Positions 45,400 through 54,012 of a stretch of 59,935 nucleotides of DNA are shown in pieces. The notes below the pieces were generated by a model, which was given only the letters and a program-made list of their open reading frames with translations, was not told the origin of the DNA and searched no databases. The DNA lies in contig JAKFXN010000006.1 in assembly GCA_021731405.1 (NCBI GenBank), forward strand, positions 1 through 59,935. Direction: 5' to 3'. Source of the DNA: Candidatus Parcubacteria bacterium (GTDB lineage Bacteria > Patescibacteriota > Minisyncoccia > Phycocordibacterales > UBA918). Within the stretch, counting starts at the first letter, position 1; every line of letters begins with the position of its first letter. Position numbers and translations under genes: made by a program.

Positions 45400-46830
45400 T
45401 TATTGGATAAGACTTCGCCACCGTATTTCAGATCCACTCACTTGAGCGTCTGAGTGCAGTCCACTTAAGCTTAAGTATTCTTGCATGACCGCTGAGCGTT
45501 CAGCTGAAGAGGCTGGGGTGTCATTGGCTGGAGGTGGTAGTGCGTCATAGCGGGTGATAATAGTGTTCAACACAGCGATGTTGGTATTGATGCGAACAAG
45601 CAGAGCTGGAATTTCAGCCGCGGCTATTTGGGCGTTGGCTCGTCTCGTAGCATTATTTAAGACGTTTGCATAATATGCATTGAGCTGTGGCAGGTACAGG
45701 TTGGCAGCTGCTTGGTAGGCCAATTCAGTTGCTCGAGCATTAATCAGTAGAGTGCGGAAGCGAGCCGGGTCACTGGTTAAAGTAGAACCAGAAGTCGAAA
45801 GTTGGTTTACGTATGAACCACTACTGTAACCCGGAGCGGTGTACCCTGTTCCGCCAGATAAGCCGAGAAGACCAGCGGCTCCAGTGATGGCTTGTTGCTG
45901 AAGTTGTGCAAAAAGAGCGCTAATGATTTCATTAATTTCGTCAGCGGCAATAAGACTTTCTGGTCCAGTTGAAAGTTGGAAGGTCAGCGCTTCTTCAATC
46001 ACCTTCCCTGGAGTAGAGATAAAGCAGTTTTCTTGGGTGGTTCCATTCCCCTGCACCGCTTCACAGATTTTGCTAGAGAGAAAACCATCACCAAAAGAGA
46101 GTATGGTTTTTTCCTCTCCTTGTTTATTGAGGAGATAAATCCCCGCTTCTGTTTTGGCTGTCAGGTAACTACCGTAGGGGGTATACGTCTCTGGGGTAGA
46201 GGTGATTTGGAACCAAGCTTCCCAGCCGCCTTGGGCAAAGTCTCCGTTTGAGAAGTTTTCAATATTGGCCATGATACCAGTGAGACTACACTGATCGGTG
46301 TTTGGCTGACCTTCACGTGCTCTGGTATAGGTGGTAGCCAAGGCGATACGGATATCGAGCTCAAAGGGTGAACAAAGGAAGGTTAGCGGCCCACCGAGGT
46401 ATTCAAGATAATCACCAAAAGCTTGGTCTCCCACATTGAGGAGGAACCCCTCTAGGTCTTGCACAAAGCTCGGGCTGCCATTGAAGCCAGAGTTGATCCA
46501 GTTTACGATACTGGTCGTCATTTGAGAGATCATTTGCTTGGCGAGCGTCCAAGCAATACCGTCAAGGGTAATGTCTTTAATCCAGAGATTATTTGAGGCG
46601 TAAGAAGTAATAGCGTCGTAGCCTGCTGAGGCTGTCGCCGCGGCATTGACACCTAAGAGTTGGATATTGTTGGCGAATTGAGTAATTTCTGTAGAGCCGC
46701 CAGTTGCTCCACCCGCCTCAGCTTTTTTGATCTCGGCCCACGGTTGAGGGATGTATGTACTCACAAACACAAAACACAAAACAAAACAGAGAACTATTGT
46801 GCGCTCAAGAATGTGGTGAAAAGTATTCAT
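45400..46830 (-). CDS. Exported/membrane protein of the T4SS-like cluster
   Basis: Signal-like N-terminus; LDGIAW...IVNWINSGFNGSPSFVQD; start moved to MNTF (TACAAT 6 nt upstream). Confidence 0.6.
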   Translation of the reverse strand: MNTFHHILERTIVLCFVLCFVFVSTYIPQPWAEIKKAEAGGATGGSTEITQFANNIQLLGVNAAATASAGYDAITSYASNNLWIKDITLDGIAWTLAKQMISQMTTSIVNWINSGFNGSPSFVQDLEGFLLNVGDQAFGDYLEYLGGPLTFLCSPFELDIRIALATTYTRAREGQPNTDQCSLTGIMANIENFSNGDFAQGGWEAWFQITSTPETYTPYGSYLTAKTEAGIYLLNKQGEEKTILSFGDGFLSSKICEAVQGNGTTQENCFISTPGKVIEEALTFQLSTGPESLIAADEINEIISALFAQLQQQAITGAAGLLGLSGGTGYTAPGYSSGSYVNQLSTSGSTLTSDPARFRTLLINARATELAYQAAANLYLPQLNAYYANVLNNATRRANAQIAAAEIPALLVRINTNIAVLNTIITRYDALPPPANDTPASSAERSAVMQEYLSLSGLHSDAQVSGSEIRWRSLIQ

Positions 46831-46834
46831 ACTA

Positions 46835-47734
46835 TTATTGTACATTAGGGCTAAAAGCAACGAATAAAATAGCTGAGTCATTTTGCTCAAACGCGCTCGC
46901 AAATGGTTCAAGGGCAAAGTACATATTTTTTAGGGCCAGCGCGAGACCTTGGGCGTCTTCCTCATAACGCTTGAGGCGTACGAGTGAGAGCATTGGGTCA
47001 GCTAGGGCAACACTCATAGTACTTATGTCGTTAGAAAGAGCGTGAAAAACATTAATTAAATCAAGGTGTTCTTTAACAAATATGGCTGGTACAGGAAGTA
47101 AAAGCATCTCATCTCTGGTGTTGGCATAGACTTGTGAAATCGTCTCTAGTTCTTTTGCTCCCTTTTCGTTTTGATCGTTTACGAAGTCACGTAAAATCAA
47201 AAGTTCGTTTCGTAACCCGGGCACGCTATTATCCACAATGGCATCAGCCATAGCGTTTCCATAGGCACGAACTGCCTCATTTGAGATGTCTTGGCTGATG
47301 GTGATGTTTCGTACATCAAAAATAACATCAGAACCGTACACACTGATTTGGTCTACGGTATCAGCAATGATTTGTTCTTGGGTGCGGCCAAAAGAACCTT
47401 GTCCTTCAGCGGTAATAATGCTTTGTAAAAAAGCGATACCCACTTGCCCTGTCAAGGTGTCTGGTGCGACATAAGAATCATCGCTTGTCTCAACAATGGT
47501 AATGGGAGAACTTTTTACAAACTGGTCACGCCAGTCCTCAAGACCATTACTGTCAGTGTCGGCTACTTCCATTAAGACTCTAACTGGTGCGGCAGCTATC
47601 CCATCTTGGACAGCGAGGCTGGCAGGATTCTGACCGGGAGGAGTGGTGAAATTTTTGAGGACAAAGGCAGCTCCAACAATAGCAAAACCAATCACAAAAG
47701 CGCCTACAATCTTTGTTTTAGATTGGTCTATCAT
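46835..47734 (-). CDS. Membrane-anchored protein with a Ca-binding-like DTDSNGLEDW motif
   Basis: N-terminal TM helix and a DxDxNGxxD loop. Confidence 0.6.
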   Translation of the reverse strand: MIDQSKTKIVGAFVIGFAIVGAAFVLKNFTTPPGQNPASLAVQDGIAAAPVRVLMEVADTDSNGLEDWRDQFVKSSPITIVETSDDSYVAPDTLTGQVGIAFLQSIITAEGQGSFGRTQEQIIADTVDQISVYGSDVIFDVRNITISQDISNEAVRAYGNAMADAIVDNSVPGLRNELLILRDFVNDQNEKGAKELETISQVYANTRDEMLLLPVPAIFVKEHLDLINVFHALSNDISTMSVALADPMLSLVRLKRYEEDAQGLALALKNMYFALEPFASAFEQNDSAILFVAFSPNVQ

Positions 47735-47786
47735 TCACTTAGTATAGCAGTCAAAGAATATTTTTTGACTACAGCGTGTACATATC

Positions 47787-48680
47787 TTAGGAGGTGCTTT
47801 TGGTAGTTTGGAGTTCTAAAACGAGCCCTAACCACATGTTGAGGGGGACATCTTCACCACGCACAGTTGGTGACAGCGAAAGCTTCAAAAACACTTCCTC
47901 AAGGCTAGTTCGCGGATATTTTTCAGTTAGATTTGCGAGCAGTTGCTTTCTTTTTTTACCCAGTCCGAGGTGCAATACTTCAAAAAAGAGCTTCATATCT
48001 ACTTTTGCAAAATTATCCCGATTGATACTGGTAATGGTCAAAATAGCAGAGTCGACTTTGGGAATTGGGTGGAAATGACCTCGTCCCACATTTCTACTGT
48101 AGGCTGGGGTACCAAAAGCTTTGACTGAAAGTGAAAGCAAAGACTCTTTTTTGTCGCGAGCAATACGAAAAGCCAGCTCTTTTTGGATTAAAAACGTCAG
48201 GGTGTTCGGCTGGATAGCACTTTCGAGAAATGAGCGGAGTAAAAACCCTGATAAATAATAAGGAATATTGGCCACCACTTTAAAGCTGTGATCCTTTAAA
48301 CCAAGCGTTTGAGGCGTAATTTCTCTAGCGTCCCCGTGATGAATCACGAGTTGCCCACTTTTAATCTCGCTGGGGAAGCGTAACTCTAGCTCAGCAACTG
48401 CTCGGCTATCGGCTTCAACTGCCAGAACATGAGCCTTCCTGGCCAAAAGGGCGGTGGTCAGCATCCCTGTCCCAGGGCCAATTTCTAACACGGTATCCCC
48501 CGCTCCAACTGCGGCGCACTCAGCCATCCAATTTGGCACCACTGCACTCGTCAAAAAGTTTTGCCCCAAAGAGCGTTTGTGCTCAAACTTTTTGGTAGGA
48601 GTGTCGTCTTCATTTCTTATATAGGTAGTTTTTCGTTCTCTCATGACTTCGAGCATACCGATATGTACGGCAAAGAGCAA
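47787..48680 (-). CDS. rsmA: 16S rRNA adenine dimethyltransferase RsmA/KsgA
   Basis: KRSLGQNFL, LEIGPGTG, VVANIPY, FHPIPKVDS; true start probably a few codons downstream. Confidence 0.95.
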   Translation of the reverse strand: MLFAVHIGMLEVMRERKTTYIRNEDDTPTKKFEHKRSLGQNFLTSAVVPNWMAECAAVGAGDTVLEIGPGTGMLTTALLARKAHVLAVEADSRAVAELELRFPSEIKSGQLVIHHGDAREITPQTLGLKDHSFKVVANIPYYLSGFLLRSFLESAIQPNTLTFLIQKELAFRIARDKKESLLSLSVKAFGTPAYSRNVGRGHFHPIPKVDSAILTITSINRDNFAKVDMKLFFEVLHLGLGKKRKQLLANLTEKYPRTSLEEVFLKLSLSPTVRGEDVPLNMWLGLVLELQTTKSTS

Positions 48681-48683
48681 GAT

Positions 48684-50642
48684 TTAATCTAAAAAGATAG
48701 TTGTCTCGTAGCCAGAGCTCGCGTCTCTTCCTTTTGGGTTGCCTCCCTCAACGTGTTTGGTGCTGATGTCATTAAGAAAGGAAGATGGGATATTTACTCG
48801 CTGACTGCCGTAAATAGTACGAATATGAGCGTAAGTCAAAAAGAGTTTTTTGGCAGCGCGAGTGAGAGCCACATAAAAAAGTCGCCGTTCTTCTTCGTGA
48901 TCAATACCAGTGTCATCAAGTCGCTCGTGTGGAAACAACCCCTCTTCGAGTCCGGTGATAAACACATACGGAAACTCTAAGCCTTTGGCAGCATGAATGG
49001 TCATCAGTCGAACAGCGTCGAGTTCCTCCTTATCTTTTAATTCGTCTTGGTCACTTTGAAGCGCTGCCGTTTCAATGAGTGCTTCAACCGCAGCTTCTGG
49101 AGATAGTTCGTCATACCTACGTCCGAGTGTCACGAGCTCGCCTAGGTTTTCTAGTCGGGATAGGTCATCTTCCGTACCATTTTTTTTGAGTTCAGTTTCA
49201 ATACCAGTACGTTTGATAATAAACTTCAGTGTTTCGGACAAGGGTTTGGTGCGAGCCTCATCAGCAATATCCATCATGATTTGGTCGAAGCGTTCAACTT
49301 TTTCAAGTGTTGCGCCCTTGAGCTCACTCCTTTTTCCTTCTATCACCTTAAGCATAGTTACCTTTCCAATGCCGCGAGCTGGTTCATTTATAACTCGTGC
49401 CAGATCAGCGTTACTGCCAGGGTTTAAAGCTAGCCTTAGGTATGAAAGGACGTCTTTGATTTCTTTTCGCTCGTAAAATTTTGTACCCAAAAGTTGGTAC
49501 TCAACTTGGTAGTTTAAGAACGCTTCCTCCAGTGCGCGTGACTGAAAGTTGGTCCGGTATAAGACTGCGATGTCAGTCGGATTATGTCCCTCCTCGATAA
49601 GAGCCTTAGCGGTTAGTGCCACATATTCCGCTTCATCTTGGCCGGTCATGGCCGCATAGAGCGTTATTTTCTCGCCTTCTTCATTGCTGGTGAACACTTC
49701 TTTAGCAACACGGTTTTTATTTTTCTCGATGATTTCGTTTGAAGCGGCAATAATGGTTTTGGTGGAACGATAATTTTCTTCGAGCAAAATAGTGTAAGCA
49801 CCAGGAAATTCTCGCTCAAACTGAAGAACGTTTTTTATATCTGCGCCACGCCATGAGTAAATATTTTGATCAATGTCCCCCACCACACAAATGTTTTGAT
49901 TGTTTCCAGCTAAAAGTTTTGCAATCGAAAACTGTACTGCATTAGTGTCTTGATATTCATCAACATGGATATATTTGTATCTCGTCTGCAAGGCTTCGCT
50001 CACCACTGGATTATTTTTTATAAGATTGAGTGTCTTAATAAGAAGATCATCAAAATCAAGAGCGTGTTCGCTTTTTAAAATATCTTCATAGTGTTCCCAG
50101 ACAGTGGCAGCAACTTGATCGGGAAACGTGCTTGCGTTGAGCTTATATTCACTAACGGAAAGCGCGTCACCCTTGGCTCTGGAAATTTTTCCTAAGATTT
50201 TTTTTGGCTCAAATTCTTTTGGATTGTACCCACCGCGCTCAAGCGCTGCCTTCACTGCTCTAACACTATCTGAACGGTCATAGATGGTGAAGTGTCGTGG
50301 CAGACCAAGATACTCATGAAACTCACGAAGGATACGTACCCCGAGAGCGTGAAAGGTGGTGACCATTGGCAGCGAGTCATAGATAGCTCGCTCTGAAGGG
50401 GGGTATTTTTTTACCAAGACCTCCACTCGCTCACGCATTTCTTTAGCCGCTTTGTTGGTGAAGGTAACGGCAAGGATGTTGTGTGGGGCTACTCCTTGGT
50501 GGATGATGTGAACAATGCGGTGAGTAATCACCCGAGTTTTCCCTGACCCTGCTCCCGCTAATACCAAAAGGGGTCCGCTCGTATGTAAAACAGCCTCTTT
50601 TTGCTTACTATTGAGGCCTTCAAGGTACGGAAAACTAATCAT
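48684..50642 (-). CDS. uvrD: UvrD/PcrA DNA helicase
   Basis: AGAGSGKT, VDEYQDTN, VGDIDQNIY, NYRST, MTIHAAKGLEF, EERRLFYVALTRA. Confidence 0.95.
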   Translation of the reverse strand: MISFPYLEGLNSKQKEAVLHTSGPLLVLAGAGSGKTRVITHRIVHIIHQGVAPHNILAVTFTNKAAKEMRERVEVLVKKYPPSERAIYDSLPMVTTFHALGVRILREFHEYLGLPRHFTIYDRSDSVRAVKAALERGGYNPKEFEPKKILGKISRAKGDALSVSEYKLNASTFPDQVAATVWEHYEDILKSEHALDFDDLLIKTLNLIKNNPVVSEALQTRYKYIHVDEYQDTNAVQFSIAKLLAGNNQNICVVGDIDQNIYSWRGADIKNVLQFEREFPGAYTILLEENYRSTKTIIAASNEIIEKNKNRVAKEVFTSNEEGEKITLYAAMTGQDEAEYVALTAKALIEEGHNPTDIAVLYRTNFQSRALEEAFLNYQVEYQLLGTKFYERKEIKDVLSYLRLALNPGSNADLARVINEPARGIGKVTMLKVIEGKRSELKGATLEKVERFDQIMMDIADEARTKPLSETLKFIIKRTGIETELKKNGTEDDLSRLENLGELVTLGRRYDELSPEAAVEALIETAALQSDQDELKDKEELDAVRLMTIHAAKGLEFPYVFITGLEEGLFPHERLDDTGIDHEEERRLFYVALTRAAKKLFLTYAHIRTIYGSQRVNIPSSFLNDISTKHVEGGNPKGRDASSGYETTIFLD

Positions 50643-51032
50643 AGAATAAGGTTAGGACACCACTATACCATAGCGAACAGGCTGCTAGGACGGGTAGTTT
50701 TAAAACTGAAATCAGAATGAAGAATAAATTCAAATACAAAATACGTGTAACGTCAATAGCTTTTATTCGGCTCAAAATAGACTTATTTAAGCGACTAAAG
50801 AATTAATACAACAAATGTGTATTCGTCAATTGCGCTCCCCTACTCCTCTAGTAGAATTGATGGATACCGATTTAAAAAGGTAGCAAGTCCTAAAAAAAGA
50901 GTGTCGCAAGACCTCTTTTTCTTTCCGAAATTTTCCGTAGTGGTAGAAATGCGGCGTGTCCATAACAAATAACTTATAAAACTCACAGTACAAGATTCTG
51001 AATCTAATAGTCGCCTAACTGAGGCAGGTCAG

Positions 51033-52067
51033 ATGACACATAAAAAAGCAAAAATATCTCCGTACCGAGTAGTTTTTGAGTACGTGGCTGTGTTGCTCGT
51101 TATTATTATTCCGATATCAGTTCATGCGGGTATCTTTAGTCTGGCTAAAGCCGGAAATAGCGAAGCGGCTTCAGAAATTATTGTCTACCCAAAGTCCGCA
51201 ATTGATATTCCCGTTCTTTCTGCTCTCCAAAACCCCAATCCGCAAGGTGCTCGAGGTGGCGCTGAGGTAGTGGTAAACGAAGGAGCTCTTGTGTCCTCTG
51301 GCCCAGTTGGTGAAGATGTGATTGCTACTGCCAAAGCCTCTTCAGGTGAAATTAGTGTCTACACGGTTCGATCAGAAGATACTCTCTCACATATTGCTGA
51401 GATGTACGGTGTGACCGTGAATACTATTATGTGGGCGAACGACCTTACCCGCGCGAGCAGCATTAAGGAAGGACAGACACTAATCATATTGCCGATTGCT
51501 GGTGTGAGACATACGGTAAAGCGTGGTGATACGGTCAACTCAATTGCAAAAGCGTACGAGGGAGATGCTGAAGAAATTATTGCGTACAATGAACTCGAAG
51601 CAGAGGCTGGTCTTGAAGTCGGTTCAACCATCGTAGTTCCTGGTGGGGCTATCCATACAGCGCCAGCAGTGAATAAGCTTGCGGCTTCTCCGGTTCGTAC
51701 TTCAGGTTCAAACTCTGCAGGAGGCAGTTGGCTCTCACACCCAGTACCGGGCGCTATTAAAAGCCAGGGACTTCACGGTTATAATGCGGTTGATCTCGCG
51801 GGGTCGCAGGGGGCAGCGGTTCGAGCTGCTGCTGCAGGAGAAGTAATTGTGTCTAAGAGTACTGGCTGGAATGGTGGATACGGACAGTACATTGTAATTC
51901 GTCATGCAAATGGCGCTCAGACATTGTACGCTCACCTCTCATCAAATAGTGTTGGTGTCGGGGCGTATGTAAATCAAGGAGAAGTGATTGCGGGTATGGG
52001 TAATACCGGACGTTCAACTGGCACACACCTCCACTTTGAAGTTCGCGGCGGCAGTAACCCATTTTAA
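51033..52067 (+). CDS. LysM x2 + M23 peptidase
   Basis: Two LysM repeats; HGYNAVD, TLYAHL, STGTHLHFEV. Confidence 0.92.
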   Translation: MTHKKAKISPYRVVFEYVAVLLVIIIPISVHAGIFSLAKAGNSEAASEIIVYPKSAIDIPVLSALQNPNPQGARGGAEVVVNEGALVSSGPVGEDVIATAKASSGEISVYTVRSEDTLSHIAEMYGVTVNTIMWANDLTRASSIKEGQTLIILPIAGVRHTVKRGDTVNSIAKAYEGDAEEIIAYNELEAEAGLEVGSTIVVPGGAIHTAPAVNKLAASPVRTSGSNSAGGSWLSHPVPGAIKSQGLHGYNAVDLAGSQGAAVRAAAAGEVIVSKSTGWNGGYGQYIVIRHANGAQTLYAHLSSNSVGVGAYVNQGEVIAGMGNTGRSTGTHLHFEVRGGSNPF

Positions 52068-52081
52068 AGTTTTCATATATA

Positions 52082-52117
52082 AAGAAAGACCCCAAGGTTT
52101 ACCTTGGGGTCTTTCTT
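52082..52117. terminator. Bidirectional terminator LysM-M23 / comM
   Basis: 17-bp inverted repeat. Confidence 0.85.
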
Positions 52118-53630
52118 ATACATGCATACGGTACTGAAGCGCTTCCAGTACATGCGGTACTTGTATATCGTCACTTCCCCCTAGGTCTGCTATCGTTCGG
52201 GATACTTTAATGAGGCGATGATAACTGCGTGGAGACAAATTGAGTTTGGTGGAAGAGAGTTTCAGTAGATCCCCTACTTCCTTGGATAGCGTAATACAAA
52301 AATCTATATCTCGGCTAGTCATTTCTGCGTTGGTCGTTACCCCTCTTCCAACTAGGCGTTCTTTTTGAATGGTCCGAGCAGCCGTGATTTGGCTTCGAGC
52401 CGAGTCTGTCTCACCTTCCTTTCGTTTAAGGTTAGATAATGTTTCGTATGCCACATGAGGAACCTCAATCCAGAGATCAATTCTATCTAAGATAGGTCCC
52501 GATATTTTTTCTTTGTATGTTTCTTGCATTGCCCTTCCCAAATCGGTGGTACCATTTTCTTTTCCGCGGTAGGGATTAAGAGCAGCAATCAAAATAAAAT
52601 CAGCGGGAAAGATAGCGTTCCCTTGTACTCGCGAAATACTCACCACTCTATCTTCAAGTGGCTGCCTGAGTGCGTCGAGAGAACGTCTTTCAAATTCAGG
52701 AAATTCATCCATGAAGAGGACACCTTTGTGTGCGAGTGTGACCTCGCCTGGTTTGGGATGTGTACCTCCGCCCACGAGAGCAGTATGTGAAGCGGTGTGG
52801 TGCGGGGAGCGGAAAGGCGGCCTACCGCTTAGTGTCGGCGTTCCTCCACATAAAGAGTGGATGGCTGTGACAGCCAAGAGGTCTTCACGGCTTAAGGTTG
52901 GAAGCAATCCTTGAAAGGCGCGAGCGAGCATGGTCTTTCCTGTCCCCGGAGGACCAACCAAAAGTACGTTGTGTCTTCCTGCTGCCGCAATGATGAGTGC
53001 CCGCTTAGCGCTTTCTTGTCCTTTGATGTCTTCAAGCACAACCTGATTTTCTGGAGTGTCAGAATCACTCACGCTGGTGAGGGGTGTTACTGGTAAGCGG
53101 GCGTGTTTGGGATGTTTCTTTTCAAGATGTCTTACCACTTCAAGGAGCGACTCTGCTCCATAAATAGTAATACCGTCAATCAAAGCCGCTTCAGATGCGC
53201 TACTTTTAGGAACAATAATTTCTGTATAACCGTACTCCTTAGCCGCCATCACCATATTGAGTACGCCACGAACTGATTGGAGGGCGCCATCAAGTCCAAG
53301 TTCTCCGACAAAAATAATACCAGCTGGATTTTCTATCTCTCCTGCCGCAGAGAGATAGGCTATGGCGATTGGGAGGTCAAATAACGGGCCGTCTTTTTTT
53401 AAATCAGCAGGTGAAAGTGAAATGGTAATTTTTTGGTTTTTGCTTTTAGGTGACTCAAAGCCAGAGTGTTTAATTGCACTACTGACACGGTCTTTAGATT
53501 CTTCAATCGCCTTCCCTGCTAAGCCAACAATTGAAAACGAATGCAGACCTCGTGAGAGGTCTGCTTCAATACGGACAATAGTACCAGAGAGAACATGCGG
53601 CTGAACAGTGTGTACGAGTGCAACGCTCAT
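52116..53630 (-). CDS. comM: ComM/YifB Mg-chelatase-like AAA+ protein
   Basis: DLPIA, GPPGTGKTMLA, RSPHHT, PGEVTLAH, DEFPEF, ISGPILDRID. Confidence 0.9.
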   Translation of the reverse strand: MSVALVHTVQPHVLSGTIVRIEADLSRGLHSFSIVGLAGKAIEESKDRVSSAIKHSGFESPKSKNQKITISLSPADLKKDGPLFDLPIAIAYLSAAGEIENPAGIIFVGELGLDGALQSVRGVLNMVMAAKEYGYTEIIVPKSSASEAALIDGITIYGAESLLEVVRHLEKKHPKHARLPVTPLTSVSDSDTPENQVVLEDIKGQESAKRALIIAAAGRHNVLLVGPPGTGKTMLARAFQGLLPTLSREDLLAVTAIHSLCGGTPTLSGRPPFRSPHHTASHTALVGGGTHPKPGEVTLAHKGVLFMDEFPEFERRSLDALRQPLEDRVVSISRVQGNAIFPADFILIAALNPYRGKENGTTDLGRAMQETYKEKISGPILDRIDLWIEVPHVAYETLSNLKRKEGETDSARSQITAARTIQKERLVGRGVTTNAEMTSRDIDFCITLSKEVGDLLKLSSTKLNLSPRSYHRLIKVSRTIADLGGSDDIQVPHVLEALQYRMHV

Positions 53631-53633
53631 GTA

Positions 53634-54011
53634 TTACATTGGCAGCTGAGATTCTTCATTCATGTGGGCAATGCAGGTGCGGGCATCAGGACGTGCATCG
53701 AGACGCTTTTCTTCTATCTGTTCCCCACTCACTTCACAGATACCATACGTTCCAGCATCAATTTTTTTCAAAGCGCGTTTAATATCTCTATATTCCCGCT
53801 CTAGGTCAGATAAGGTGGCTCTCCGTTCGTTCCATGATTCTACAAAATCAGCGCTAGTGTTTTCGTCGGCGTCTTCGTTACTAATATCTTGATCTGGGAC
53901 AGCTTCCCAATTATCGTTCACTGCATCATAAACTCCAATGGTCGAAAGCTCGGTTACAACAGCCACGAGAGCAGCGTCGAGCTTGTCTTTGTAAAAAGCA
54001 GTATCTTTCAT
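53634..54011 (-). CDS. DksA/TraR-like protein with non-canonical Zn finger
   Basis: IKRALKKIDAGTYGICEVSGEQIEEKRLDARPDARTCIAH. Confidence 0.85.
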   Translation of the reverse strand: MKDTAFYKDKLDAALVAVVTELSTIGVYDAVNDNWEAVPDQDISNEDADENTSADFVESWNERRATLSDLEREYRDIKRALKKIDAGTYGICEVSGEQIEEKRLDARPDARTCIAHMNEESQLPM

Positions 54012-54012
54012 A

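Larger units (their letters stand above)
35913..47734 (-). other. Patescibacteria-type T4SS-like / monoderm conjugation-machinery gene cluster
   Basis: Pilin, VirB4-like ATPase, PrgI, VirB6-like and several membrane proteins; no relaxase, coupling protein or integrase inside. Confidence 0.8.

Noticed and set aside
35913-47734. Integrative conjugative element
   Set aside because: No relaxase, coupling protein, integrase or att repeats; flanked directly by core genes.
50864-51032. c-di-GMP-I or ydaO (c-di-AMP) riboswitch
   Set aside because: GCAA...GTCGCAAGAC superficially recalls c-di-GMP-I, but P2 does not pair and the ydaO conserved blocks are absent.
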